Below, in pieces: positions 49,523-59,656 of a stretch of 64,000 bases of DNA (positions within the stretch are counted from its first letter, which is position 1; every line of letters begins with the position of its first letter). The notes beneath the pieces were generated by a model. It was not told the DNA's origin and ran no database searches. It worked only from the letters and a program-made list of their open reading frames with translations. The position numbers and the translations under genes are program-made. This DNA comes from an uncultured bacterium (GTDB lineage: Bacteria > Krumholzibacteriota > Krumholzibacteriia > JACNKJ01): the NCBI GenBank assembly GCA_963695095.1, contig CAVOFT010000001.1:1184001-1248000 (forward strand). Direction: 5' to 3'.

Positions 49523-51205
49523 ATGGCCGAGAAGTTCATCTTTCACATGTACGGCGTCAGCATGGCCTATGGGCCCAAGCAGGTGCTGAAGGAGATCAAC
49601 CTCAGCTTCTTCCCGGGCGCGAAGATCGGCATCGTCGGCGAGAACGGCTCGGGCAAGAGCACCGTGCTGCGCATCATGGCGGGCCTGGAGCCGAACTTCC
49701 AGGGCCACGCCGAGCTCACGCCCGGCTTTCGCGCCGGCATGGTGGCCCAGGAGCCCGAGCTCGACGACGCGCTCACCGTGCGCGCGACCATCGAGTCCGC
49801 CTTCGGGGCGATCAAGGCGCTGATGGCCGAGTACGACGCCGTTGCCGCCAGCATGGGCGAGGATCTCGACGAGGCCGCGATGGCCAAGGCCATGGACCGC
49901 ATGAGTGCCCTGCAAGACCGCATCGAGGCCGCTGACGGCTGGAACCTGGATCAGAAGCTGGATGTCGCCAGCGACGCCCTCTGCCTGCCCGAGGACGAGC
50001 GGCTGGTGGGCACCCTCTCGGGCGGCGAACGGCGGCGCGTGGCCCTCTGCAAGATCTTGCTCGAGCAGCCTGACTTGCTGCTGCTCGACGAGCCCACCAA
50101 TCACCTCGACGCCGAGACCGTGAACTGGCTCGAGGAGCAGCTGCGCGTCTATCCCGGCACGGTGATCGTGGTCACGCACGACCGCTACTTCCTCGACAAC
50201 GTCACCGGCTGGATCCTCGAACTGGAGGGCGGCCGCGGCATCCCCTGGCAGGGCAATTACAGCTCCTGGCTGGAGCAGAAGCTGGCCAAGCTGGCCGAAG
50301 GCGAGCGGGGGGACTCCGCGCGCGGCCGCGCCCTGCGGCGGGAGCTGGACTGGATCCGCATGAGCCGCGGCGACCGCCGGGCGCTGGCCCAGGCGCGCCT
50401 GCGCGAGTACGAGCAGCTCGTCGCCCGCGAGCGGTCCGAGCAGCGGGGCGAGGCCGAGGCGGCCATCCGCATCGCGCCGGGGCCGGAGCTGGGCGCGCAG
50501 GTGGTGGAGTTCAAGGACGTGGCCTTCGGCTACGCGGGGCGCACACTCTTCGAGCAGCTCAGCTTCAGCGTGCCGCGCGGGGCGGTGATCGGCCTGGTCG
50601 GTCCCAACGGCGCGGGCAAGACGAGCCTGTTCAAGCTGATCGCCGGCGGGCTGAAGCCGCAGGCGGGCAGCGTGAGCGTGGGCGCCTCGGTGAAACTGGT
50701 CCACGGCGACCAGGAGCGCAGCGGTCTCGACGCGAACCGCACGCTCATCGAGGACGTGGGGGGCGGCGAGGAGGAGATCGCGATCGGCAGCGAGAAGATC
50801 CCGATTCGCAAGTACCTGGCCCAGTTCGGCTTCAAGGGGGCCTCGCAGCAGAAGCGGACGGGCGAGTTCTCCGGCGGCGAGCGCAACCGCTGCCACCTGG
50901 CCAAGCTGCTCAAGGCGGGCGGGAACCTGATCCTGCTCGACGAGCCGACCAACGACCTCGATGTGAACACTCTACGCCTGCTCGAGGAGGCCATCCTCGA
51001 GTTCTCCGGCTGCGTGCTGGCGATCAGCCACGATCGCTTCTTCCTCGATCGCATCTGCACGCACACGCTCGTCTTCGAGGGCGAGGGCAAGGTGCGCTTC
51101 TACGAGGGCAACTTCTCGGCCTACGAGGAGTGGCGGCAGCGCGAACTGGGCGACCGGCTCTTCGCGAATCGCCGCAACCGCTATCGGACGCTGGTGAAGG
51201 GCTAG
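49523..51205 (+). CDS. ettA: Energy-dependent translational throttle ABC-F protein EttA
   Basis: INLSFFPGAKIGIVGENGSGKST, LSGGERRRVAL, GRGIPWQGNYSSWLEQK, SGGERNR; no TM domains. Confidence 0.9.
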   Translation: MAEKFIFHMYGVSMAYGPKQVLKEINLSFFPGAKIGIVGENGSGKSTVLRIMAGLEPNFQGHAELTPGFRAGMVAQEPELDDALTVRATIESAFGAIKALMAEYDAVAASMGEDLDEAAMAKAMDRMSALQDRIEAADGWNLDQKLDVASDALCLPEDERLVGTLSGGERRRVALCKILLEQPDLLLLDEPTNHLDAETVNWLEEQLRVYPGTVIVVTHDRYFLDNVTGWILELEGGRGIPWQGNYSSWLEQKLAKLAEGERGDSARGRALRRELDWIRMSRGDRRALAQARLREYEQLVARERSEQRGEAEAAIRIAPGPELGAQVVEFKDVAFGYAGRTLFEQLSFSVPRGAVIGLVGPNGAGKTSLFKLIAGGLKPQAGSVSVGASVKLVHGDQERSGLDANRTLIEDVGGGEEEIAIGSEKIPIRKYLAQFGFKGASQQKRTGEFSGGERNRCHLAKLLKAGGNLILLDEPTNDLDVNTLRLLEEAILEFSGCVLAISHDRFFLDRICTHTLVFEGEGKVRFYEGNFSAYEEWRQRELGDRLFANRRNRYRTLVKG

Positions 51206-51231
51206 AAGACGGCGATGGCGCTGCCGGTCCC

Positions 51232-51828
51232 TCAGCGATAGAGCGCCTTCACGGAGCCTAGATGCGCTTGCCGAACGGGTGTGGCGGGATTGAGGCAGAG
51301 GCGGTCGGCCAGATTGAAGAGCCCGTCCAAGATCTCGACGCGCGCGATGTAGTCGCCGGCGTCCAGTTGGAGCGGGCCGCTCCCGGCGGCCCAGACGAGG
51401 GGATCGGGTCAGCCCAGACCGGCGCCGTAGTAGCTGATCTCGCGGCTCTGCGCCGCGCCGCCGGCCGCGGGGCGGAGGCTGAGTTCGAGCACGTTGAGCA
51501 TGCCGAACTGGCTCTTGAAGCTGGCCGAGACCTCGTAGCTGCCCGGCTCGGGCAGCGCGATGAGGATCTCGATCCACTCGCCGAGCTGATCGAAGCCCGC
51601 GACGGCGTAGCCGCCCCCGGCGTTGTTGCACTCCGCGTAGGGATTGATGTCCGCCCCGCCGAGGTCCAGGAAGTCGTAGAGCGGCGGTCCCCACTCGAAG
51701 TAAAGCGGCAGGACCTCATCGGCCGCCGCGCCTGCGGCGCAGCATAGCAGCGCCGACACCAGCAGTACGTGGCCGAGCGCCCCGACCCGGCTCCATCCGC
51801 TCGGCAGCATTCCAGTTCGCAGTAACAT
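51232..51828 (-). CDS. Secreted CBM6/CBM35-like protein with C-terminal xxGSVKALYR tail; in-frame TGA at 51409-51411; candidate selenoprotein (198 aa)
   Basis: Signal peptide...GEWIEILIALPEPGSYEV...ISYYGAGLG*PDPLVWAAGSGPLQLDAGDYIARVEILDGLFNLADRLCLNPATPVRQAHLGSVKALYR*. Confidence 0.72.
51374..51411 (-). promoter_or_regulatory. Candidate bacterial SECIS element
   Basis: UGA + 16 nt, then perfect stem GGGCCGC, loop CGGGA, GCGGCCC; loop 23 nt from the UGA with G at loop position 2. Confidence 0.55.
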
Positions 51829-51968
51829 TTCCCACCTTCCCCCTCGACCGCGCCTTGATGCAGCCTAGCTGCGGCCCGGGGTGCGTACCCCCGAGCCGAC
51901 TGCTTCGCAGCGACGGATCTCTCCTGCGCCATGCTCTCCCTGCTGACACCGAGCGGCGGCGTTGGGAG

Positions 51969-53378
51969 CTACTTCAGCAGGAGGGCCTTCTGTGTGCGCA
52001 CGGTCCCCTCCGCTTCCAGCCGGATGACGTAGAGTCCGCTGGTTAAGGGCTGCCCTTGCGCATCCCTCGCCTCCCAGTCCAGGCGCCGCTCGCCCGCGGG
52101 CAGGCGCGCGTCCAGGACCTCGGCGACCCGCCGCCCAGCAGCGTCGTATGCCGTCACGCGGACGCGCTGCTCCTGCGCCAGGCTGAAGCGGATCTCCGCT
52201 CTTGGGTTGAAGGGATTCGGGTGAATACTCAGGTCGCCGCTCCTGGCCGGCGGGGCATCGACGCCGGTCATCAGGTTGCCGCGGCCCAGCCAAATCTCAC
52301 CGGTCGGCTCGGGATCGCCCAGCTCGAAGATCAGGGCGACGGCGCCCTCAAGGCCCAGGGCGAGGTCGTTGTGCCTGCAGATCCTCCCACCGAGAAGATC
52401 CGAGCGATCCTCCCACGCCCCACCCGGCGGTTTGACCTTGTAGTAGCTGGCATAGCTCGTCTGCGCGGCGTAGTCGAACTGCTGGAACCAGAAAGCGTGG
52501 GCGGCGCCATCCGCATCCACGGCCAGCGCCGGCCAGCGCGGCCAGTCGTCGCCGAGCCCGTTCACGGTGAGCTCCTCCGGCTCCGTCCACTGGCCCTCAC
52601 CGAGTTCCCGGCAATAGTAGAGGTGGTTGCAGAGGCAGAGGGGCTGCGGCTTCATGCCGATGAGATGGTGACCACTGGGGCCAATGGCCGTGTCGAAGTA
52701 ACCGCCGAAGTAGCCGCCCTCGGGCCAGACGGAATAGGGGATGCCATAGAGGTCGAAGTAGCCGATGCACTCCTCGACGGGATTCGCCAGGTACAGGCGG
52801 GGGAAGCACACGTCCAGCCAGCAAGCCATCTGGGCCTGGGGGTAGAGGCGCATGGCGTCCTCACCCTCCGTGCAGAACTGCCAGCCGCCGGAGAAGTCTC
52901 CACCCCAGCCTTCATAGAGGAGGGCGCAGAGATCGTCCATCTCCACCGCGAGCGCGTTCTCCGAGCCCTGCCAACCCGGCTGCCAGCTTGCCACCGCCAA
53001 GCCTCGAACGGGCCGATCCCCGGGATCATCGCGGATCTCGACAAGCTCGCCCCATTCGCCGCCGGCCAGCTCGCGCGTGAGGACCCTGTCGCCCTCCGCC
53101 CAGACCAGGCTGAAGCCCCAAGTGGTCCAGCAGACGCCCGGATCGATACCTGGCCCGTGGAAGATGGGAGCTTGCAGCGTGCCAGCGACCAGGCGACGGG
53201 TCCAGATTCCCACGCCCTCCTCCTCCCAGGCGGCCAGGATGTCGCCTGAGGAGCTCATGGTCACGGCGCAGTTCGAGTAGTCTCCCGGAACGGGGCTGAG
53301 CACGGCGAAATCGAGGGTCTGGGCGGTCGCGGTCGCAGCCAAGGCTGTCAGGCAGAGCACAGTGGTCAGCAGGCGCAT
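51969..53378 (-). CDS. Secreted beta-rich (probable propeller) protein with FlgD-Ig tail
   Basis: MRLLTTVLCLTALAATATAQ signal, PALAVDADGAAHAFW, PNPFNP...TSGLYVIRL. Confidence 0.8.
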   Translation of the reverse strand: MRLLTTVLCLTALAATATAQTLDFAVLSPVPGDYSNCAVTMSSSGDILAAWEEEGVGIWTRRLVAGTLQAPIFHGPGIDPGVCWTTWGFSLVWAEGDRVLTRELAGGEWGELVEIRDDPGDRPVRGLAVASWQPGWQGSENALAVEMDDLCALLYEGWGGDFSGGWQFCTEGEDAMRLYPQAQMACWLDVCFPRLYLANPVEECIGYFDLYGIPYSVWPEGGYFGGYFDTAIGPSGHHLIGMKPQPLCLCNHLYYCRELGEGQWTEPEELTVNGLGDDWPRWPALAVDADGAAHAFWFQQFDYAAQTSYASYYKVKPPGGAWEDRSDLLGGRICRHNDLALGLEGAVALIFELGDPEPTGEIWLGRGNLMTGVDAPPARSGDLSIHPNPFNPRAEIRFSLAQEQRVRVTAYDAAGRRVAEVLDARLPAGERRLDWEARDAQGQPLTSGLYVIRLEAEGTVRTQKALLLK

Positions 53379-53487
53379 CGGCACTACCCCCCTCACGTTC
53401 GTCGCCGTTCGGTGCACGCTCCAGCCCCATTATATCTGCGAATGCGCCCAGAGTCACGTCCCCTAGCGGCCCCGGCGGGCACACACG

Positions 53488-53523
53488 AAAACAGCCCGCC
53501 TCCAATTCCTTGGAAACGGGCTG
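53488..53523 (-). terminator. Intrinsic terminator downstream of the tRNA
   Basis: CAGCCCGTTTCCAA-GGAA-TTGGAGGCGGGCTG followed by TTTT on the minus strand. Confidence 0.75.
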
Positions 53524-53532
53524 CTTGCTAGG

Positions 53533-53606
<74 letters not shown>

Positions 53607-53619
53607 TCAGAGGCTGGCC

Positions 53620-53648
53620 AATATAGACCGGCCGGCCCGCCCTGTCAA
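53620..53648 (-). promoter_or_regulatory. sigma70 promoter of tRNA-fMet
   Basis: TTGACA-N17-TATATT, then a GC-rich discriminator. Confidence 0.8.
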
Positions 53649-53787
53649 GCCGCGATCACCTTGATCTTTTTCGAGTTACGACGCCTGCCGCCCTCGCGAT
53701 TCCAGCCGGCGCCCTGGGCGCGGCCGGCCTCGCCTGCTATAGTCGGCCTTGGCGGCCGGCGCGGCCGGCCACTGCGCGAGGAGTCCA

Positions 53788-56187
53788 ATGGCCGAGGCAC
53801 GCGATCCAGCTTCCCCCGCCGGCGGCGCTGGCCGCGCGCGCCTGCGCCTGGACTTCCGCGGGCGCGTGCAGGGCGTGGGCTTTCGGCCCTGGATCTATCG
53901 CCTGGCCACGGAGGAGGGCCTGGCCGGCCACGTGGGCAACGACCTGCGCGGCGCCTTCGTCGAAGTCGAGGGCGCCCCGGTGGCCATCGCCCGCTTTCTT
54001 GCGCGCGTCGAAACCGAAGCGCCGGCCCTGGTGGCCATCGTCGCGCGCGAGGAGCAGGCGCTCGCGCCCCTCGGCGAGCGCGAGTTCCGCATCCTCTCGA
54101 GCCGCAGCGGCGGCGAGCAGCGCGCGGAGATCGCGCCCGATGCCGCCACCTGCCCCGACTGCCTGCGCGAACTCTTCGATCCCGCGGATCGCCGCTACCG
54201 CTACCCCTTCATCAACTGCACGAACTGCGGGCCGCGCTACTCGATCGTGAAGTCCCTGCCCTACGACCGGCCGCGCACCACGATGGCCGCCTTCACGATG
54301 TGCCCGCGCTGCCAGGCCGAGTACGATGACCCCGCCGACCGCCGCTTCCACGCCCAGCCCAACGCCTGCGGCGACTGTGGCCCGCGCGTGGAACTCACCG
54401 ACGCCGTGGGCCGCGCGCGCGCGGGCGAGCCCATCGCCGAGAGCGTCCGCCGCCTCCTGGCCGGCGAAATCCTCGCCATCAAGGGGCTCGGCGGCTTTCA
54501 CCTCGCCTGTCGCGCGGATCGCGAAGATGTGGTCGCCCGCCTGCGCGCGCGCAAGGGCCGCGAGGCCAAGCCCCTCGCGCTCATGGTGGCCGAGCTGGCT
54601 GCTGCCCACGCGCTGGTGCAGCTCGACCCGCCCAGCGAGGCCCTGCTCGCGAGCGTCGCGCGGCCCATCGTGCTGGCGCCCGCGCATGCGGGCATCCCGA
54701 TCGCGCCCGCCGTGGCGCCCGGCAGCCACACGCTGGGCATCATGCTGCCCTACACGCCCCTGCACCACCTGCTCTTCGCCACGGCCGCCGCGGGCGAGCA
54801 GCTCGGCCCCCTGGTCATGACCTCGGGCAACCCCAGCGCGGAGCCCCTCTGCGCGGACAACGCCGAAGCCCTCGCGCGGCTCGGCTCCATCGCCGACGCC
54901 TTCCTCCTCCACGATCGCGACATCGAGCGCCGCGTGGACGACTCGGTGGCCCTCGCCCTGCGCCTTGCCGCCCCCGGGGGCGAGGCCGCGCGCACCCTGC
55001 CGCTGCGCCGCGCGCGCGGCTTCGCGCCGGCGCCGATCATCCTGAGCGAGGCGGTCGCCACGACGGTCCTCGCCCTCGGCGGCGAGCTGAAGAGCACCGT
55101 CTGCTATCTCGCCGGCGATCAGGCTCTGCTCAGCGAGCACCTGGGCGACCTGGACAACCCGGCCGCCTACCGCGCCTTCCTCGGCACCATCGAGCGCCTG
55201 GGCGAACTGGTGGGCGTGGAGCCCGCGCTCATCGCCTGCGACCTGCACCCCGACTACGCCGCCAGCCGCCACGCGCGCGGCCTCTCCCTGCCGCGCGTCG
55301 AGGTGCAGCACCACCACGCGCACATCGTCAGCTGCATGGCCGACAACGGCCTGCCGCTGGACGCCGAGGTGCTGGGCCTGGCCTGCGACGGCACGGGCTA
55401 CGGAGACGACGGCAGCATCTGGGGCTGCGAGCTGCTGCAGTGCAGCGCAGCGCGCTACGCGCGCCTGGGGTCCCTGCGCCCCTTCGTGCTGCTGGGCGGC
55501 GACGCCGCGGCCCGCGAGACCTGGCGGCCCGCGGCGGGCCTGCTCGCCGAGACCTACGGGCCCGACTGGCCCGCGGCCGCACCTGGCGCCGCGGCGCGCA
55601 TCCGGCCCGAGGCGCTGGCGCTCGCCCGCCGCTTCCTGGCCGCGCCCGCGCCGCCCGGACCGCGCACGAGCAGCCTGGGTCGGCTCTTCGACGCCGTGGC
55701 CTTCCTGCTTGGCCTCTGCGACTACAACCAGGCCGAGGCCCAGGCGGCGATGGCCCTGGAGGCGGCCGCTGCCCGCCACGGCGCCGCCGCGCCGCTGCCC
55801 TTGCCGGTGATCCCCGAGGGCGGCCTGCTGCTGCTCGACCCGCGGCCGCTCATCGCGGCCCTCGTGGGGGGCCGGGACGCCGGCCGCCCGGCGGGCGAAC
55901 TCGCCGCCGCTTTCCACGCCGGGCTGGCCCAGGGCCTGGCGGCCCTCGCGGCCGCTGCTGCCGCCCAGGGAGCGCCTCGCCGCCTGCTGCTCTCCGGGGG
56001 CTGCTTCGCCAATCGCATTCTCACGGAAGGGCTTGCGGGCCTGTTGCAGGATCATGACCTTGATGTCAGTATTCACCAGCGCGTGCCCACCGGCGACGGG
56101 GGCCTGGCCCTGGGCCAGGCCCTCATCGCCGCCGCGCAGGCCGAACGCGGCCAGCTGCCTCCCACCGGCGCGCACAGCGAGGAGTGA
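53788..56187 (+). CDS. hypF: Hydrogenase maturation carbamoyltransferase HypF
   Basis: GRVQGVGFRP, CPDC...CTNCGPR, CPRC...RRFHAQPNAC, HHHAH, DGTGYG, GDGGLALGQ. Confidence 0.96.
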   Translation: MAEARDPASPAGGAGRARLRLDFRGRVQGVGFRPWIYRLATEEGLAGHVGNDLRGAFVEVEGAPVAIARFLARVETEAPALVAIVAREEQALAPLGEREFRILSSRSGGEQRAEIAPDAATCPDCLRELFDPADRRYRYPFINCTNCGPRYSIVKSLPYDRPRTTMAAFTMCPRCQAEYDDPADRRFHAQPNACGDCGPRVELTDAVGRARAGEPIAESVRRLLAGEILAIKGLGGFHLACRADREDVVARLRARKGREAKPLALMVAELAAAHALVQLDPPSEALLASVARPIVLAPAHAGIPIAPAVAPGSHTLGIMLPYTPLHHLLFATAAAGEQLGPLVMTSGNPSAEPLCADNAEALARLGSIADAFLLHDRDIERRVDDSVALALRLAAPGGEAARTLPLRRARGFAPAPIILSEAVATTVLALGGELKSTVCYLAGDQALLSEHLGDLDNPAAYRAFLGTIERLGELVGVEPALIACDLHPDYAASRHARGLSLPRVEVQHHHAHIVSCMADNGLPLDAEVLGLACDGTGYGDDGSIWGCELLQCSAARYARLGSLRPFVLLGGDAAARETWRPAAGLLAETYGPDWPAAAPGAAARIRPEALALARRFLAAPAPPGPRTSSLGRLFDAVAFLLGLCDYNQAEAQAAMALEAAAARHGAAAPLPLPVIPEGGLLLLDPRPLIAALVGGRDAGRPAGELAAAFHAGLAQGLAALAAAAAAQGAPRRLLLSGGCFANRILTEGLAGLLQDHDLDVSIHQRVPTGDGGLALGQALIAAAQAERGQLPPTGAHSEE

Positions 56188-56190
56188 ACC

Positions 56191-56472
56191 ATGTGCTTGG
56201 CCGTTCCGGGCAAGATCCTGAGCGTCAGCGCCGTCGATGAGGGCCCCCTGGGACCGATGGCGATGGTCGACTTCCAGGGCAGCCGCCTCGAGGTCTCCCT
56301 CGCGATGACCCCCGAGGCCGGCCCCGGCGACTGGCTGCTCGTGCATGCCGGCTTCGCCCTCACCGTGCTCGACGAGGCCGAGGCCCGCGAGACCTGGGAG
56401 ACCCTGCGCCTGGCCCTGGGCGACGACTTCGAGCTGCCCGGCGCGCAGGCCGGGCCGGCAGTGGAGTCCTGA
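56191..56472 (+). CDS. hypC: Hydrogenase chaperone HypC
   Basis: MCLAVPGK...LVHAGFA. Confidence 0.96.
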   Translation: MCLAVPGKILSVSAVDEGPLGPMAMVDFQGSRLEVSLAMTPEAGPGDWLLVHAGFALTVLDEAEARETWETLRLALGDDFELPGAQAGPAVES

Positions 56473-57557
56473 TGCCTGCGGCCGCCCAGCTCGCCGCGGA
56501 GATCGCCGAGCTCGTCGCCGCGCAGGCGCGGCCCGTCACCCTCATGGAGGTCTGCGGCACGCACACGGTGAGCCTCTTTCGCACGGGGGCGCGCTCGCTG
56601 CTGCCCGCCGCGCTCAAGCTGCTCAGCGGACCGGGCTGCCCGGTCTGCGTCACCAGCCAGGGCTATCTCGACGCCGCCTGCGCGCTGGCCGCCCGCCCCG
56701 GCATCATCCTCGCCACCTACGGCGACATGATGCGCGTGCCGGGCAGCACGGGCAGCCTCGAGCGCCTGCGCGGCGAGGGGGCCGAGATCGCCGTCGTCTT
56801 CTCGGCCCGCGACGCGCTGCGCCTGGCTCGCGAGCGGCCCCGCGAGCAGATCGTCTTTCTCGCCGTCGGCTTCGAGACCACGGCGCCGGCCACGGCCGCC
56901 ACCCTGCTGGCCGCGGCCGCCGAGGGGATCGACAACTTCAGCATCCTGCCGGGGCACAAGCTCGTCATCCCGGCGATGGCGGCCCTGCTCAGCGCGGGCG
57001 AGGTGCCGGTGGACGGCTTCCTCTGCCCCGGCCACGTGAGCGTGGTGATCGGCGCCGACGCCTTTTTGCCCATCGCCGAGGGCTTCGGCAAGCCCTGCGC
57101 GGTGGCCGGCTTCGAGCTGGCGGGGATGCTCGCGGGCATTCGCGCCCTGCTCGCGCAGCTCGCCGCGGGCGAGGCCAGGGTGGACAATGCCTACCCGGCC
57201 GTCGTCAGCGCCGCGGGCAACCGGCGCGCCTGGGAGCTGGTGCTCTCGGTGTTCGAGCCCGGCGACGACGCCTGGCGGGCCATGGGCGTGATTCCCGCCA
57301 GCGGGCTCGCCCTGCGCCCGGCCTTCCGGCGCTTCGACGCCCGCGCGCGCTTCGGCGTGGAGTTCGGGCCCGACGTCCATCCCCCCGGCTGCCTCTGCGG
57401 CGAGGTGATCCAGGGCAAGGCGAGCCCGGTCGACTGCGCGCTCTTCGCCGAAGGCTGCACGCCGCTGGCCCCCGTGGGTCCCTGCATGGTCAGCAGCGAG
57501 GGCACCTGCGCCGCCTGGTACCGCTACGGCCGGCTGAGCGCCGGCGCCCGCGAGTAG
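56472..57557 (+). CDS. hypD: Hydrogenase maturation protein HypD
   Basis: MEVCGTHT, GPGCPVC, GFETT, PGHVS, GPCMVSSEGTC. Confidence 0.96.
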   Translation: MPAAAQLAAEIAELVAAQARPVTLMEVCGTHTVSLFRTGARSLLPAALKLLSGPGCPVCVTSQGYLDAACALAARPGIILATYGDMMRVPGSTGSLERLRGEGAEIAVVFSARDALRLARERPREQIVFLAVGFETTAPATAATLLAAAAEGIDNFSILPGHKLVIPAMAALLSAGEVPVDGFLCPGHVSVVIGADAFLPIAEGFGKPCAVAGFELAGMLAGIRALLAQLAAGEARVDNAYPAVVSAAGNRRAWELVLSVFEPGDDAWRAMGVIPASGLALRPAFRRFDARARFGVEFGPDVHPPGCLCGEVIQGKASPVDCALFAEGCTPLAPVGPCMVSSEGTCAAWYRYGRLSAGARE

Positions 57558-57564
57558 GAGCCGC

Positions 57565-58582
57565 ATGCGCGAGTCCGAACAGATCCTGATGGCCCACGGC
57601 GGCGGCGGCGAGTTGACGCAGCGCCTCGTCGCCGAGCACATCCTGCCGCGCCTGGGCAACCCCCTGCTGGCGCCGCTGGCCGACGGCGCCCTGCTCGCGC
57701 CCGTGGCCGGCAGGCTCTGCCTGACGACGGACTCCTTCGTCGTGCAGCCGCTCGAATTCCCGGGCGGCGACATCGGCCGGCTCGCCGTCTGCGGCACCGT
57801 CAACGACCTGGCGATGATGGGCGCGCGACCGCTGGCCCTCAGCCTCGGCCTCATTCTCGAGGAGGGGCTCGCCCTGGCCACCCTCGACCGCGTGCTGGAC
57901 TCCATCGCCGTCGCGGCGGCCGCGGCCGGCGTGCCCGTGGCGACGGGCGACACCAAGGTCATCGAGCGGCGGGGCGCGGGCGGGCTGCTCATCAATACCA
58001 CCGGCCTCGGCGAGCTGCGCGCCGGCGCCCTGCTCGGCGCCGAGCGCGTGGAGGCGGGCGACTTGCTGCTCGTCAGCGGCGGCATCGCCGAGCACGGCCT
58101 GGCCGTGCTCTCCATGCGCCAGCACCTGGAGTTCGCCACCGATCTCGTCAGCGACGTCGCCGCGCTGGACACGCTGGCCGCCGCTCTCATCGCGGCCTGC
58201 GGCGAGGCGCTCAAGTTCATGCGGGATCCGACGCGCGGCGGCCTGGCGGGCCTGGTCTGCGACCTCGCAGCGGCGGCGGGGCTCGGCGTGGAAGTGGACG
58301 AGGCGGCGGTGCCGATCCTGCCGGCCGCCCTGGCCACGGCGGAGTTGCTGGGGCTCGATCCCCTGGGCATCGCCAACGAAGGCAAGCTGGTGGCCGTGGT
58401 GGCCGCCGGCGGCGGCGCCGCGCGCCCTCGCCGCGCTGCGCGCGCACCCGCTGGGCGCGCGCGCAGCGCTCGTCGGCCGCTGCCTGCGCGCCGCGCCGCC
58501 CCTGGCGGAGCTGATCACGCGGGGCGGTGGCCGCCGGCTCATCGCCCGGCCCTACGGCGAAGATCTGCCGCGCATCTGCTGA
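57565..58582 (+). CDS. hypE: Hydrogenase maturation protein HypE; one frameshift near 58405-58420
   Basis: AHGGGG, TTDSFVV, GTVNDL, GDTKV, RDPTRGG, ANEGKL; shifted frame gives ALAALRAHPLG...GEDLPRIC*. Confidence 0.92.
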
Positions 58583-58591
58583 AGGAGCGCC

Positions 58592-58963
58592 GTGCACGAG
58601 CTGAGTATCGCCCTCGCCCTGCTCGAGCAACTCGAGGCGCTGGCCGCCGAGCGCGATATCGAGTGCTTCGAGAGCATCGAGCTGAGGGCCGGCGCCAGGC
58701 GGGGCATCGTACCCGAAGCGCTGGAGCTGGCCTTCCGTGAGGCGGCTCGGGGCGGCGTGGCGGCCCAGGCGCGGCTGGAGTTGACGATCGTGCCCACGCA
58801 GGCGCGCTGCCGGGGCTGCGGCCACGAGTTCGCGCCTGCAGTCGCCGACTACCTCTGCGCCCGCTGCGGTCAGGCCGATGTGGAAATTCTCAGCGGCGAC
58901 GATATCGTGCTCAGTCGCGTGACCTGCGCCCTCGCCGGCGCGGATGAGGAGGACCCCTCGTGA
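58592..58963 (+). CDS. hypA: Hydrogenase nickel chaperone HypA
   Basis: (M)HELSIA, CRGC, CARC. Confidence 0.95.
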   Translation: MHELSIALALLEQLEALAAERDIECFESIELRAGARRGIVPEALELAFREAARGGVAAQARLELTIVPTQARCRGCGHEFAPAVADYLCARCGQADVEILSGDDIVLSRVTCALAGADEEDPS

Positions 58964-59628
58964 ACAAGGTGGAACGGACGATCAATGTCGTCACCAGCGT
59001 GCTCAAGGCCAACGACGCCGTGGCGCGGGCCAATCGCGCGCGCCTGGATGCGGCCGGCGTGCTGGCCCTGAACATCACCAGCGCGCCGGGCAGCGGCAAG
59101 ACGGCCCTGCTCGAGGCCACGCTGCCGGCCCTGGCGCCCCTGCGGGTGGCGGTGATCGTGGGCGACCTGCAGACCACGCGCGACGCCGAGCGCCTGCGGT
59201 CGCTGGCTGTCGCCGTCACCCAGATCAACACCGAGGGCGGCTGCCACCTGGCCGCCACCCAGGTGGCCGAGGCCCTGGACGGCCTGCCGCTGGACGCCCT
59301 GGACCTGCTCTTCATCGAGAACGTCGGCAACATGGTCTGCCCGGCCGGCTTCGACCTCGGCGAGCACCGGCGGGTGGCCATGCTCTCGGTGCCGGAGGGG
59401 GCGGACAAGGTGGCCAAGTACCCGACGCTTTTTCAGCCGGCCGACCTGATCCTGCTGAACAAGATCGATCTGGCGCCGCTCTTGGACTACGATGTGGAGC
59501 TGGTGCGGACCGACCTGGCCCAGATCAACACGCGAGCGCCGCTCGTCCTGCTCTCCGCTCGCAGCGGCGAAGGGCTGGCGGGCTGGCTGGACTGGTTGCG
59601 CGCGGAGCTGGCGGCCCGGCGGGGCTGA
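58960..59628 (+). CDS. hypB: Hydrogenase nickel GTPase HypB
   Basis: SAPGSGKT, GGCHL, IENVGNMVCPAGFDLGE, KYP, NKIDL. Confidence 0.96.
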   Translation: MNKVERTINVVTSVLKANDAVARANRARLDAAGVLALNITSAPGSGKTALLEATLPALAPLRVAVIVGDLQTTRDAERLRSLAVAVTQINTEGGCHLAATQVAEALDGLPLDALDLLFIENVGNMVCPAGFDLGEHRRVAMLSVPEGADKVAKYPTLFQPADLILLNKIDLAPLLDYDVELVRTDLAQINTRAPLVLLSARSGEGLAGWLDWLRAELAARRG

Positions 59629-59656
59629 GTCCGGGCAGCGGCTGGGAAGGAGGGGG

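Noticed and set aside
58400..58425. Programmed frameshift or true pseudogenisation of hypE (likewise the rhodanese near 17665)
   Set aside because: Single indels in GC-rich repeats with no slippery heptamer; the rest of the operon is intact and similar indels occur in the glmL-like gene, so sequencing error is more likely.
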